24,000 nt of DNA from Knoellia pratensis. GTDB lineage: Bacteria > Actinomycetota > Actinomycetes > Actinomycetales > Dermatophilaceae. Below the pieces are notes generated by a model, which worked only from the letters and a program-made list of their open reading frames with translations, made no database searches and was not told where the DNA came from. Position numbers and translations under genes: made by a program. The stretch lies in NCBI RefSeq assembly GCF_042666395.1, contig NZ_JBHTDJ010000004.1:258158-282157 (forward strand), read 5' to 3'. Below, piece after piece: positions 14,930-22,585 of this stretch (position 1 is the first letter of the stretch; the number at the start of each line of letters is the position of its first letter).

Positions 14930-15652
14930 ATGAGTGACGAGGGGGCTCTGAAGTTCGCGCGCTACGCCTACCCGCCCAACGAGCTCGGCTACTGCGGTCC
15001 CGACGGTGCGCACGAGATGCTCGTGCCCGGCGCGGTGGCCGAGATCGAACGGCGGGCGCGGCTGTTCGACGGAGCCTGGGTCTACCTGGAGTTCCTCGCC
15101 GGGGTGCTCGGCACCGACGACCCTCTGTCGACGCCGGTGGTGGAGGCGTACTGGATCGGCAACGACCTGCTCTCCGCCGTTGATCCGGCCGCCCTCGTCG
15201 ACCATCTGAGGGTGGCGTTCGACGGTCAGGTCGGCGGGACGTGGCGGGAGTCGGCCGACCGGGCTCGCGCGCACCACAGCTACCAGGTGTTCGAGGTCTA
15301 TCCATGGGCGGCGATGCTGCTTCGTGGGCTGCCGCCCGGTCCTGCGGTGTCGGTGCTCGACCGCTGCCGGATTCGGTCGGGGGTCGTCAGCGAGGTCGAC
15401 GGCGAGTGGGTGGTGGTGACGTCCCGCCTCCTGACCTGGGACGGTGGCTCCTTGACCCCGTCGCCTCACCGGGCCGAACGCGCCCGGTGGTCGGTCGACG
15501 GCAGGAGCCTGCTGTCGCCACCGGACGTGGGCGACACGGTGGCGCTGCACTGGGACTGGGTGTGTGACGTCCTCACGCCAGATCAGGCCGACCGCATCCA
15601 GCAGATCGAGGAGACCCAGCGAACCGCCGTTGGGCTGGACAGGCAGGCGTAA
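14930..15652 (+). CDS. Conserved hypothetical protein at the 3' end of the hyp operon (recalled as DUF6390-like)
   Basis: ATG lies 12 nt after the hypE stop. It starts MSDEGALKFARYAYPPNELGYCGPDG. High GC3 and a globular composition. No catalytic motif I can name. The family name is from memory only. Confidence 0.72.
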   Translation: MSDEGALKFARYAYPPNELGYCGPDGAHEMLVPGAVAEIERRARLFDGAWVYLEFLAGVLGTDDPLSTPVVEAYWIGNDLLSAVDPAALVDHLRVAFDGQVGGTWRESADRARAHHSYQVFEVYPWAAMLLRGLPPGPAVSVLDRCRIRSGVVSEVDGEWVVVTSRLLTWDGGSLTPSPHRAERARWSVDGRSLLSPPDVGDTVALHWDWVCDVLTPDQADRIQQIEETQRTAVGLDRQA

Positions 15653-15732
15653 GGGGCCCGGAGAGCTCAAGGGCGGTGACCGGGAGGCCATCATCGGGAG
15701 TGCCCGGTCAGGTCAGGGTGCCGTACACGAAA

Positions 15733-15767
15733 CCAGGTCGGCACGTGGTGATGCGGTGACCACCTGG
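15733..15767. terminator. Imperfect hairpin between convergent genes (candidate bidirectional terminator)
   Basis: CCAGGTCGGCAC (15733-15744) pairs with GTGACCACCTGG (15756-15767). That gives a 12-bp stem with 2 mismatches and an 11-nt loop. No U-tract, as is common in high-GC actinobacteria. A second stem, GACCGGG (15678-15684) with CCCGGTC (15703-15709), lies upstream. Confidence 0.3.
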
Positions 15768-15788
15768 GCCAGACGCGTCGCGTCCCGC

Positions 15789-16808
15789 TCAGGTGGTACG
15801 GGGTGGCTGGTCGGCCAAGTGGGCGCGAAGGGCGACGTAGACCTTGCGGACGCCGATCGCGCGCTGCAGGTCGTCTTCGATCTGGGAGAAGAACTCGCGG
15901 CGGTAGTTCTGGTCGATGACCGCCTGCACCGTGAAGTAGAGCCCGGCGAAGCCCGACAGGAAGACGGCGACCGAGAACAGCTCGTTGCTCACGAGGTGCA
16001 GCCCACCCGTCTCATAGGTCGGGGCGTGGCCGACCCACGACTCGATGACGTCAGGCTGGATGGCGATCGAGCCGAACACGACGAAGAACGTGAAGACGAT
16101 GAGGGCCAGGCTGACGACCTGGATCGCCTGGGTGATGAACAGCATGAGGAGCAGGTTGTTGCGCTGGAGCCCGCGCAGTCGGATGCCGGCAACCTCACGG
16201 GCCAGGTGCGGTTCGTCGAGGATCTCGCGGGCGGCCGAGGCGACGGGGGTGCCGGCACAGGACGCAGCGAGGCGCTCGCCCTCGACCTCCGCCCCCAACC
16301 GACTGATCTCCTTGTCGAACGACGGGGCGAGGAACGCCACCGCGAGGACGACAAAGACCGCGACGGTCGACCACAGGAGGGGTCGACTCAGCGACGACGC
16401 CACCTGCCAGACCTCGGTGTTGATGAAGAGGAAGGTGATGAACAGCAGGAGGAAGGGCAGGGCCCGGGTCGCGAGCGGGACGAGGAGCGACCGCCCTTCC
16501 CAGGCGTGGGCGAGCGCCCATCGGCCGATGAGCGGGACGCGGAACACTCGTGCGCCACGAAGCAGCCCGACCAGTGCGGCGGAAACGATCGCAGCCCACA
16601 CCGCGTCCGGCCACGAAGCGTTGGCCACCTTGGCCAGAACCCCGGCGCCAACTCCGATGACGAGGGCGATTCCGGTCCACAGGAGGACCACCCGCGCGGC
16701 GAAGGCGCGGCGGATCGACTCGTGCCCGGCCTCGACAAAATAGGGGAGTCCGTGGTCGTCGAACCACTGCTCGCACTTGGCGACGTCGTTGGGGGTGAGC
16801 ACGCGCAC
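15789..16808 (-). CDS. Polytopic integral membrane protein, function unknown
   Basis: 339 aa with a GTG start. It has about 6-7 hydrophobic segments (e.g. VVLLWTGIALVIGVGAGVLAKV, LPFLLLFITFLFINT, LLWSTVAVFVVLAVAFLAP, LLLMLFITQAIQVVSLALIVFTFFVVFGSIAI). A soluble N-terminal region of about 40 aa and a charged central loop are present. High GC3 on the minus strand. It lies 33 nt downstream of the regulator gene on the same strand. Confidence 0.7.
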   Translation of the reverse strand: MRVLTPNDVAKCEQWFDDHGLPYFVEAGHESIRRAFAARVVLLWTGIALVIGVGAGVLAKVANASWPDAVWAAIVSAALVGLLRGARVFRVPLIGRWALAHAWEGRSLLVPLATRALPFLLLFITFLFINTEVWQVASSLSRPLLWSTVAVFVVLAVAFLAPSFDKEISRLGAEVEGERLAASCAGTPVASAAREILDEPHLAREVAGIRLRGLQRNNLLLMLFITQAIQVVSLALIVFTFFVVFGSIAIQPDVIESWVGHAPTYETGGLHLVSNELFSVAVFLSGFAGLYFTVQAVIDQNYRREFFSQIEDDLQRAIGVRKVYVALRAHLADQPPRTT

Positions 16809-16841
16809 AGCCTCTCAGGTGATCAGGGTGATGTGCGGTTC

Positions 16842-18707
16842 TCACCGGGCCGTGGCGGACGCGAGGTGCCGCAGTCGCAGCGCCAGTTGCAGCTCGAGAG
16901 CGCGTTCGGGGGACTGCCAGCCGTCGCCCACGAGGCGCGTGATGCGCTCGAGACGCTGGGCCACGGTGTTGGTGTGGACGTGCAGTCGCGTGGCCGCGTG
17001 GCGCGGGCTGGCGCCGGCCAGGAAGTAGGCCTCGAGGGTGCCCACGAGGTCGGTGCCCCGCGACGTGTCGTAGTCGTGCAGGGGACCAAGAACCGAGTGC
17101 ACGTATGCCGTGACCTCCGGTTGGGTGCCCACGATGAGTCCCGCGAAACCCAGGTCAGCGGCGGCCGCGCCATCGCCGCGACGCCCGAGCGCGACGAGCG
17201 CCTCGGCCGTGCGGACGGCCTCGGTGTGTGTCGCCGCGAGGTCGGTCCCCAAGGTTCCTTCGGCCTCGTTCACGGGACCAGCCGCTCCCACGGTGACGAT
17301 TTGGTTGCGGGACAGGCGTTGCGCCAGATCGGTTGCGGCAGAACCGGGTTCGACGCCAGGCACGAGAGCCACGACGTGGCCCTCGACCTCACCGACGAGG
17401 CCGACGCCACCGAGGGCGGCGCTGACCGCGAGCACGAGTGAGCGGGCCGTCGCCGCCTCGGTCCCGATCACCGCGAGCAGGCAGACGGGTTCGCGCAGGT
17501 CGAGGCCGAGCGAACGGGCGGCCGGGAGCAGGAGACCGAGATCGGCGTGACCGCTCACGAGGCCCGAGACGAGGTCGGTGCGTTGCTGCTGGCGGGTCTC
17601 GGCCCGGTTGCGCTCACCGAGCAGGACGAGGGCTGTGACGACGGCGGCGCGCTCGACGGTGCGTTCGTCGGAGTCGTCCATCGAGGACACCTCACCGATG
17701 ACGAGGGTGCCGAGCGGCTCACCGGCCGCGGCGATGCCGATCGCCCACGCGTCACCGAGCCGGGACAGCCGTCCACCGTCGACGCCACCGTCGACCTGCG
17801 TCATGAGGTCGCGCAGGGCCTCACCGGTCGGCGGAGCCTCACCCGCCACGCTGCGTGGTGCACCGTCGAGATCGAGCAGGAGTGCCCACCCGCCGAGGAG
17901 TTGGGTCAGGGACTCGGTGAGGTCGTCGACCCCGCCACCCTCGAGGACGATCTCGGCGAACCGGTCGTGGGCGGCGGCGGCGCGTTCGATCCCGGCGGCG
18001 TAGTGGCTCACTCGGTCGGTGGCGTTCGACAGGGCCGCGAGGGTGCGTGAGGACTCCTCGACGGCCCGGACCTGGACGATCGTCACGGCTGCGAGTGCCG
18101 CGAGGGAGCCGAGCAGGGCCACCTCGTCGTGGGTGAAGGACCGTGGAGTGCGGTTGGAGGCGAAGAGCACTCCGACAAACTCGTCCTTGACGAGCAGAGG
18201 AGTGCCGCAGATGGCCACGAGGCCCTCGTCGCCGACGGCGCCGTCAATCGAATGAGTGTGCCGGAAGCGGGCATCGGCGAAGTAGTCGGCGGTCCAGTAC
18301 GGCTTGTGCGACTGAGCGACAAGGCCTCCGAGGCCGGCGCCGAACGCCAGCCGCACGACCTGGAACTGGGCCGAGACCGAGCCCGCCGTGGCGCGCATGA
18401 AGGTGTCGCCACGCTCGTGGTCGAAGAGCGTGAGGTAGGCGACGTCGGTCCCCATGAGCCCGCGGGCCCGCCGGACGATTGCATCGAGGACGACGGACGG
18501 GTCGCTCATCGAGGCCAGCTCGCCAGCCGTGTCGACGAGGGCGGCCAGCTGCTGCTCACGTCGGCGTTGCACATCGAAGGCGCCGCTGATCCGGATGGCG
18601 AGGTCGCGGGCGTGCGGATCGACGTCGAGGGAGGCCAGGTCGCCGGCGGATGCTCCTGAGGCGAGCATCTCGAGCAGGCGAGTGCCCACGTCCACGTCAT
18701 CGTGCAT
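16842..18707 (-). CDS. Transcriptional regulator: N-terminal GAF-like sensor domain plus PucR/CdaR-type C-terminal HTH
   Basis: The C-terminus LEAYFLAGASPRHAATRLHVHTNTVAQRLERITRLVG is the PucR-family HTH. The N-terminal third (LVDTAGELASMSDPSVVLDAIVRRARGLMGTDVAYLTLFD...GVLFASNRTPRSFTHDEVALLGSLA) looks like a GAF domain. The start was set to ATG 18707 (MHDDVDVG), with AGGA 8 nt upstream. The track start 18785 is a TTG with no SD. Confidence 0.82.
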   Translation of the reverse strand: MHDDVDVGTRLLEMLASGASAGDLASLDVDPHARDLAIRISGAFDVQRRREQQLAALVDTAGELASMSDPSVVLDAIVRRARGLMGTDVAYLTLFDHERGDTFMRATAGSVSAQFQVVRLAFGAGLGGLVAQSHKPYWTADYFADARFRHTHSIDGAVGDEGLVAICGTPLLVKDEFVGVLFASNRTPRSFTHDEVALLGSLAALAAVTIVQVRAVEESSRTLAALSNATDRVSHYAAGIERAAAAHDRFAEIVLEGGGVDDLTESLTQLLGGWALLLDLDGAPRSVAGEAPPTGEALRDLMTQVDGGVDGGRLSRLGDAWAIGIAAAGEPLGTLVIGEVSSMDDSDERTVERAAVVTALVLLGERNRAETRQQQRTDLVSGLVSGHADLGLLLPAARSLGLDLREPVCLLAVIGTEAATARSLVLAVSAALGGVGLVGEVEGHVVALVPGVEPGSAATDLAQRLSRNQIVTVGAAGPVNEAEGTLGTDLAATHTEAVRTAEALVALGRRGDGAAAADLGFAGLIVGTQPEVTAYVHSVLGPLHDYDTSRGTDLVGTLEAYFLAGASPRHAATRLHVHTNTVAQRLERITRLVGDGWQSPERALELQLALRLRHLASATAR

Positions 18708-18815
18708 GAAGCCGATCCTAGGCGCCCCACCCGGCCACCGCATGGGCCTCCACGCCATGAGAACGGGCAGACCATGGTTCCCCAAGCCATGTGAGCCCGT
18801 TTGGGTCCGGCCTAG

Positions 18816-18829
18816 GGTGAGGCTTCACC
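18816..18829. promoter_or_regulatory. Inverted repeat GGTGA-ggct-TCACC in the divergent regulator/ABC promoter region
   Basis: Read directly: GGTGA at 18816-18820 and TCACC at 18825-18829. It lies 42 nt upstream of the ABC operon start codon. Confidence 0.2.
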
Positions 18830-18870
18830 GCCTGCAGATGTCCTGCACCGCGGAGCACAAGGAGGTGCTG

Positions 18871-19674
18871 GTGAGCGCGAGCCCATCGACCACAACGACG
18901 TCCCCGTCGGCAGCGTTGACGCCGATCCTGCGGACCGTCGACCTGACGAAGGACTTCCGCGGCTTCACCGCTGTGGGCGGCGTGAACCTCGACGTCACCG
19001 AGGGCACGATCCACGCGCTCGTCGGCCCCAACGGTGCCGGCAAGACCACCCTGTTCAACCTGCTCACCGGCTTCCTCACGCCGACCTCGGGGCAGATCCT
19101 CCTGCGCGGTGACGACATTGCCGGGAAGCAGCCGGAGCAGATCGCCCACCTGGGGGTCGCCCGCTCCTTCCAGATCACCAGCCTGTTCGACGAGATGACC
19201 TTGCTGGAGCACCTCGAGCTCGCGCTCGCCTCACCGACCGGGATCGGCTATCGGTTCTGGACGTCCCGCAAGCGGCTCGGCGCCTTCCGCGAACGGTCGA
19301 TGGAGCTCCTCGGCGAGGTCGGACTCGCCGACCGCAGCGGCCAACGAGCCGGCTCCCTCGCCTACGGCCAGAAGCGGGCCCTCGAGATCGCGCTGGCGCT
19401 GGCTCTCGACCCCTCCTTGCTCCTCCTCGACGAGCCCACCGCAGGCATGGGCCTCGAGGACGTCGATCGGACCATCGCCCTCGTCAGATCAGTCTCCGAC
19501 GGGCGCACCGTCGTCTTCGTCGACCACAACATGCACGTCGTCGGCTCCCTCGCCGACAACGTCACCGTCCTCCAGTCGGGCGAGGTGCTCGCAGAGGGGA
19601 CCTATGACGAGGTGCGGGTCGACGAAAGGGTCATCACGGCATACCTCGGAGAGTCTGGAGACACACATGAGTGA
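18871..19674 (+). CDS. livG: ABC transporter ATP-binding protein, LivG-like (HAAT family)
   Basis: Walker A GPNGAGKTT, signature-like SLAYGQKRALEIA, Walker B LLLLDEPTAGM. GTG 18871 lies 5 nt after AAGGAGG (18859-18865). The upstream part of track ORF 18454.. overlaps the regulator gene on the opposite strand. Confidence 0.88.
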   Translation: MSASPSTTTTSPSAALTPILRTVDLTKDFRGFTAVGGVNLDVTEGTIHALVGPNGAGKTTLFNLLTGFLTPTSGQILLRGDDIAGKQPEQIAHLGVARSFQITSLFDEMTLLEHLELALASPTGIGYRFWTSRKRLGAFRERSMELLGEVGLADRSGQRAGSLAYGQKRALEIALALALDPSLLLLDEPTAGMGLEDVDRTIALVRSVSDGRTVVFVDHNMHVVGSLADNVTVLQSGEVLAEGTYDEVRVDERVITAYLGESGDTHE

Positions 19675-20374
19675 CACGTTGCTCACGGTCGACAAGCTCT
19701 CGGCGTTCTACGGGGAGGCGCAGGTGCTGCGCGACGTCTCCATCGACGTCGCACCCGGTGAGGTCGTGACCCTCGTCGGTCGCAACGGTGCCGGAAAGAC
19801 CACGTTGCTGCGCTCGATCATGGGCCTGCACAAGGGAACTCGCGGTTCGATCTCCTTTGCCGGGACCACCCTTGATGGCCGCTCCGCCGACAAGCGGGCC
19901 CGTCTGGGACTCGGCTGGGTGCCCGACGACCGCGGGATCTACGCCACCCTCACCGTCGCCGAGAACCTCAGCCTCCCGCCCGTCGTCGACAAGGCCGCAG
20001 CCTGGAGCCTGGACAAGATCTACGAACAGTTCCCGGTGCTGCGCGAGCGTCGCGACTTCCCGGGCACCAAGCTCTCGGGCGGTGAGCAGCAGATGCTCGC
20101 CATGGCTCGCCCGCTGAGGGCGGGGTCACGGCTCCTGCTCCTCGACGAGCCGAGCGAGGGACTCGCGCCGGTGATCGTCAACCAGATCGGTCAGATCATC
20201 CGCGACATCAAGGCGCAGGGGGTCGCGGTCCTTCTCGTCGAGCAGAACGTGAAGTTTGCGTCGACCGTGGCCGACCGCCACAACCTCCTCGCCCAGGGCG
20301 AGGTCGTCGAGAGTCTCGACAACTCCGAATTCCAGTCCCGCACAACGGAACTGCTCCAGCACCTCGGCATGTAG
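19667..20374 (+). CDS. livF: ABC transporter ATP-binding protein, LivF-like (HAAT family)
   Basis: Starts MSDTLLTVDKLSAFYG. Walker A GRNGAGKTT, signature LSGGEQQML, Walker B LLLLDEPSEGLAP. 8-nt overlap with the upstream ATPase gene. Confidence 0.9.
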   Translation: MSDTLLTVDKLSAFYGEAQVLRDVSIDVAPGEVVTLVGRNGAGKTTLLRSIMGLHKGTRGSISFAGTTLDGRSADKRARLGLGWVPDDRGIYATLTVAENLSLPPVVDKAAAWSLDKIYEQFPVLRERRDFPGTKLSGGEQQMLAMARPLRAGSRLLLLDEPSEGLAPVIVNQIGQIIRDIKAQGVAVLLVEQNVKFASTVADRHNLLAQGEVVESLDNSEFQSRTTELLQHLGM

Positions 20375-20443
20375 CCGAAACGCACAGAACTGCACCCCAG
20401 CATCGGACCGCCGGGCACGGCATACACACCCCAGGAGGGGAAC

Positions 20444-21694
20444 ATGCGAAACACCAAGATGATCAGCCTTGCGGCCATGGTGGCCAGCTCAGGCCTGCTG
20501 CTCACCGCGTGCGGCAGCGCAGGCGGCGGCCCGGCGAAGGCCAGCGGCAAGATCAGTGACGACAAGATCGTCCTCGCCGTCCTCAACGACCAGTCCGGTG
20601 TCTACAAGGACCTCTCCGGCACCAACTCGGTCGAGGCCGTGAAGATGGCCGTCGAGGACTGGAAGGCCGCCCACAAGGACGATGCGGTGAGCAAGAACAT
20701 CGAGGTCGTCACGGCCGACCACCAGAACAAGCCCGACATCGCCAACACCAAGGCGCAGGAGCTCTACGACCGGCAGAAGGCCGACATCATCCTCGACGTC
20801 CCGACCTCGTCCGCGGCCCTCGCCGTCGCGACGCAGGCCAAGGCGAAGAAGAAGGTCTACATCAACATCGGCGCCGGCACGACCGCCCTCACGGGCAAGC
20901 AGTGCAACAAGTACACGTTCCACTGGGCCTACGACACCTACATGCTCGCCAAGGGCACGGGTGGCACGCTCACCAAGGATGGCGGCAAGAAGTGGAACGT
21001 CGTCTACCCGGACTACGCGTTCGGTCAGGACATGACCAAGTCGTTCGAGGGCCAGATCAGCTCGGCCGGCGGTGCGATCGGCCAGAAGGTCCCGACGCCG
21101 TTCCCCAACGACAACTTCGCGACCTACATCACCAAGGCTGCGGCGGACAAGCCTGATGTCATCGGCACCATGCACGCCGGTGGTGACCTCATCAACTTCG
21201 TCAAGCAGTACAACCAGGCGGGGATCAGCGACCAGATCAAGCTCGCTGTCGGCCTGATGTTCATCACCGACATCCACAGCCTCGGCGCGGACCAGTTCAA
21301 GGGCGTCACGTTCACCGACGCCTGGTACTGGAACTTCGATGACCAGAACCGCGCGTGGGCCGACAAGTTCCAGGCCAAGACCAAGACCCGCCCGTCGTTC
21401 GCGCACGCAGCGAACTACTCCGCGGCCTACAACTACCTCGAGGCCGTCCAGGAAGCCGGGTCCGACACCGGTGACGACGTCGTCGCCAAGCTCGAGGGCA
21501 AGAAGATCAACGACTTCTTCCTGCGCAACGGTGAGGTTCGTGCGGCGGACCACCGCGTCATCCACGACGCCTACCTTGCCGAGGTCAAGCCCCAGTCCGA
21601 GGTCACCGAGGAGTGGGACCTCGAGAAGATCGTGGCCACCATCCCCGCGGCCGACGCCTTCAAGCCGGTGGCCGAGTCCGGCTGCTCGATGTGA
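20444..21694 (+). CDS. ABC transporter substrate-binding lipoprotein (LivK/Peripla_BP_6-like), ligand unknown
   Basis: Signal peptide with lipobox: MRNTKMISLAAMVASSGLLLTAC-GSAGG. The 416-aa length and alternating alpha/beta-type sequence are typical of type I periplasmic binding proteins of the Liv/amide/urea family. SD AGGAGGGG lies 3 nt before the ATG. Confidence 0.85.
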   Translation: MRNTKMISLAAMVASSGLLLTACGSAGGGPAKASGKISDDKIVLAVLNDQSGVYKDLSGTNSVEAVKMAVEDWKAAHKDDAVSKNIEVVTADHQNKPDIANTKAQELYDRQKADIILDVPTSSAALAVATQAKAKKKVYINIGAGTTALTGKQCNKYTFHWAYDTYMLAKGTGGTLTKDGGKKWNVVYPDYAFGQDMTKSFEGQISSAGGAIGQKVPTPFPNDNFATYITKAAADKPDVIGTMHAGGDLINFVKQYNQAGISDQIKLAVGLMFITDIHSLGADQFKGVTFTDAWYWNFDDQNRAWADKFQAKTKTRPSFAHAANYSAAYNYLEAVQEAGSDTGDDVVAKLEGKKINDFFLRNGEVRAADHRVIHDAYLAEVKPQSEVTEEWDLEKIVATIPAADAFKPVAESGCSM

Positions 21695-21715
21695 TGAAGG
21701 GTCTTTGAGAACCTG

Positions 21716-22585
21716 ATGAGTGCATTCATCCAGTACACGCTCCAGGGTCTGGCGACGGGCGGCTTCTATGCCCTCGCCGCCCTGGGGCTGGCGGTCATCT
21801 TCGGTGTCATGGGGGTGGTCAACTTCAGTCACGGCGCCATGTACATGCTCGGCGCCGTTGGGTCGGCCGTGCTCCTCGACGTCGCAGACATCCCGTTCTG
21901 GGGTGCGCTCGTCATCGTCCCGATCCTCCTCTTCCTCTTCGGGGTCCTCGTCGAACGGTTGCTCGTGCGATGGCTCCTCACGCTCGATCCGCTCTACAAC
22001 TTCCTGCTCACCTTCGGCCTGACGCTGCTCATCGTCGACCTGGTCAAGCGCAAGTACGGCGTCTCCGGGTTGCCGTACGAGCTGCCGGCGGGACTCGAGG
22101 GGCGGGTGAGTATCGGCGGGCTGAGCCTGTCGAGCTACCAGCTGTTCGCGGCGTTCTTCTCGGTGGTGCTCTGTGTCGCCGTGTGGATGCTCCTCACCAA
22201 GACGCGCATCGGCATGATCGTGCGCGCCTCGACCGAGGACGCCGAGCGCACCCGTGCCCTGGGCATCAACGTCGGTCGGTGGGTGACTCCCGTGTTCGGC
22301 TTCGGGATCGCCCTGGCCGGTGTGGCCGGAGTGCTCGCGGCACCGTTTCGCGCGATCACGGCCGACATGGGCAGCAACTTCATCATCATCCTGTTCGCCG
22401 TCGTCGTCATCGGCGGGCTCGGTTCGATCCTCGGCGCAGTCGTCGCCGGGTTCCTCGTCGGGCTCGTCGAGGCGTACGGCCAGGCCTACGCACCGTCCTA
22501 CGCGCAGGTCCTCATCTTCGTCCTCATGGCAGCGGTCGTCCTCGTCCGCCCGGCAGGACTCTTCGGCCGCGAGGAGGCCTCATGA
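21716..22585 (+). CDS. livH: ABC transporter permease, LivH-like
   Basis: 289 aa and very hydrophobic. It starts MSAFIQYTLQGLATGGFYALAALGLAVIFGVMGVVNFSHG, the conserved N-terminal pattern of LivH-type permeases. Confidence 0.9.
   Translation: MSAFIQYTLQGLATGGFYALAALGLAVIFGVMGVVNFSHGAMYMLGAVGSAVLLDVADIPFWGALVIVPILLFLFGVLVERLLVRWLLTLDPLYNFLLTFGLTLLIVDLVKRKYGVSGLPYELPAGLEGRVSIGGLSLSSYQLFAAFFSVVLCVAVWMLLTKTRIGMIVRASTEDAERTRALGINVGRWVTPVFGFGIALAGVAGVLAAPFRAITADMGSNFIIILFAVVVIGGLGSILGAVVAGFLVGLVEAYGQAYAPSYAQVLIFVLMAAVVLVRPAGLFGREEAS

Noticed and set aside
15564-17441. 625-aa + strand ORF antisense to the membrane protein and regulator genes
   Set aside because: It is a low-complexity Asp/Glu/Arg/Gly-rich translation with no motifs. 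The minus-strand frames give a coherent polytopic membrane protein and a PucR HTH.
18708-18785. Longer N-terminus (TTG 18785, or ATG 18758 / 18743) for the PucR-type regulator
   Set aside because: The TTG has no SD, and the extra residues (MGNHGLPVLMAWRPMRWPGGAPRIGF) look non-native. They would also consume half of the divergent promoter region. ATG 18707 was chosen, but the start remains uncertain.
20489-21832. 447-aa minus-strand ORF opposite the substrate-binding protein gene
   Set aside because: It is a Val/Asp/Gly/Arg-rich repetitive translation. The + strand encodes a lipoprotein with a proper signal peptide and lipobox.
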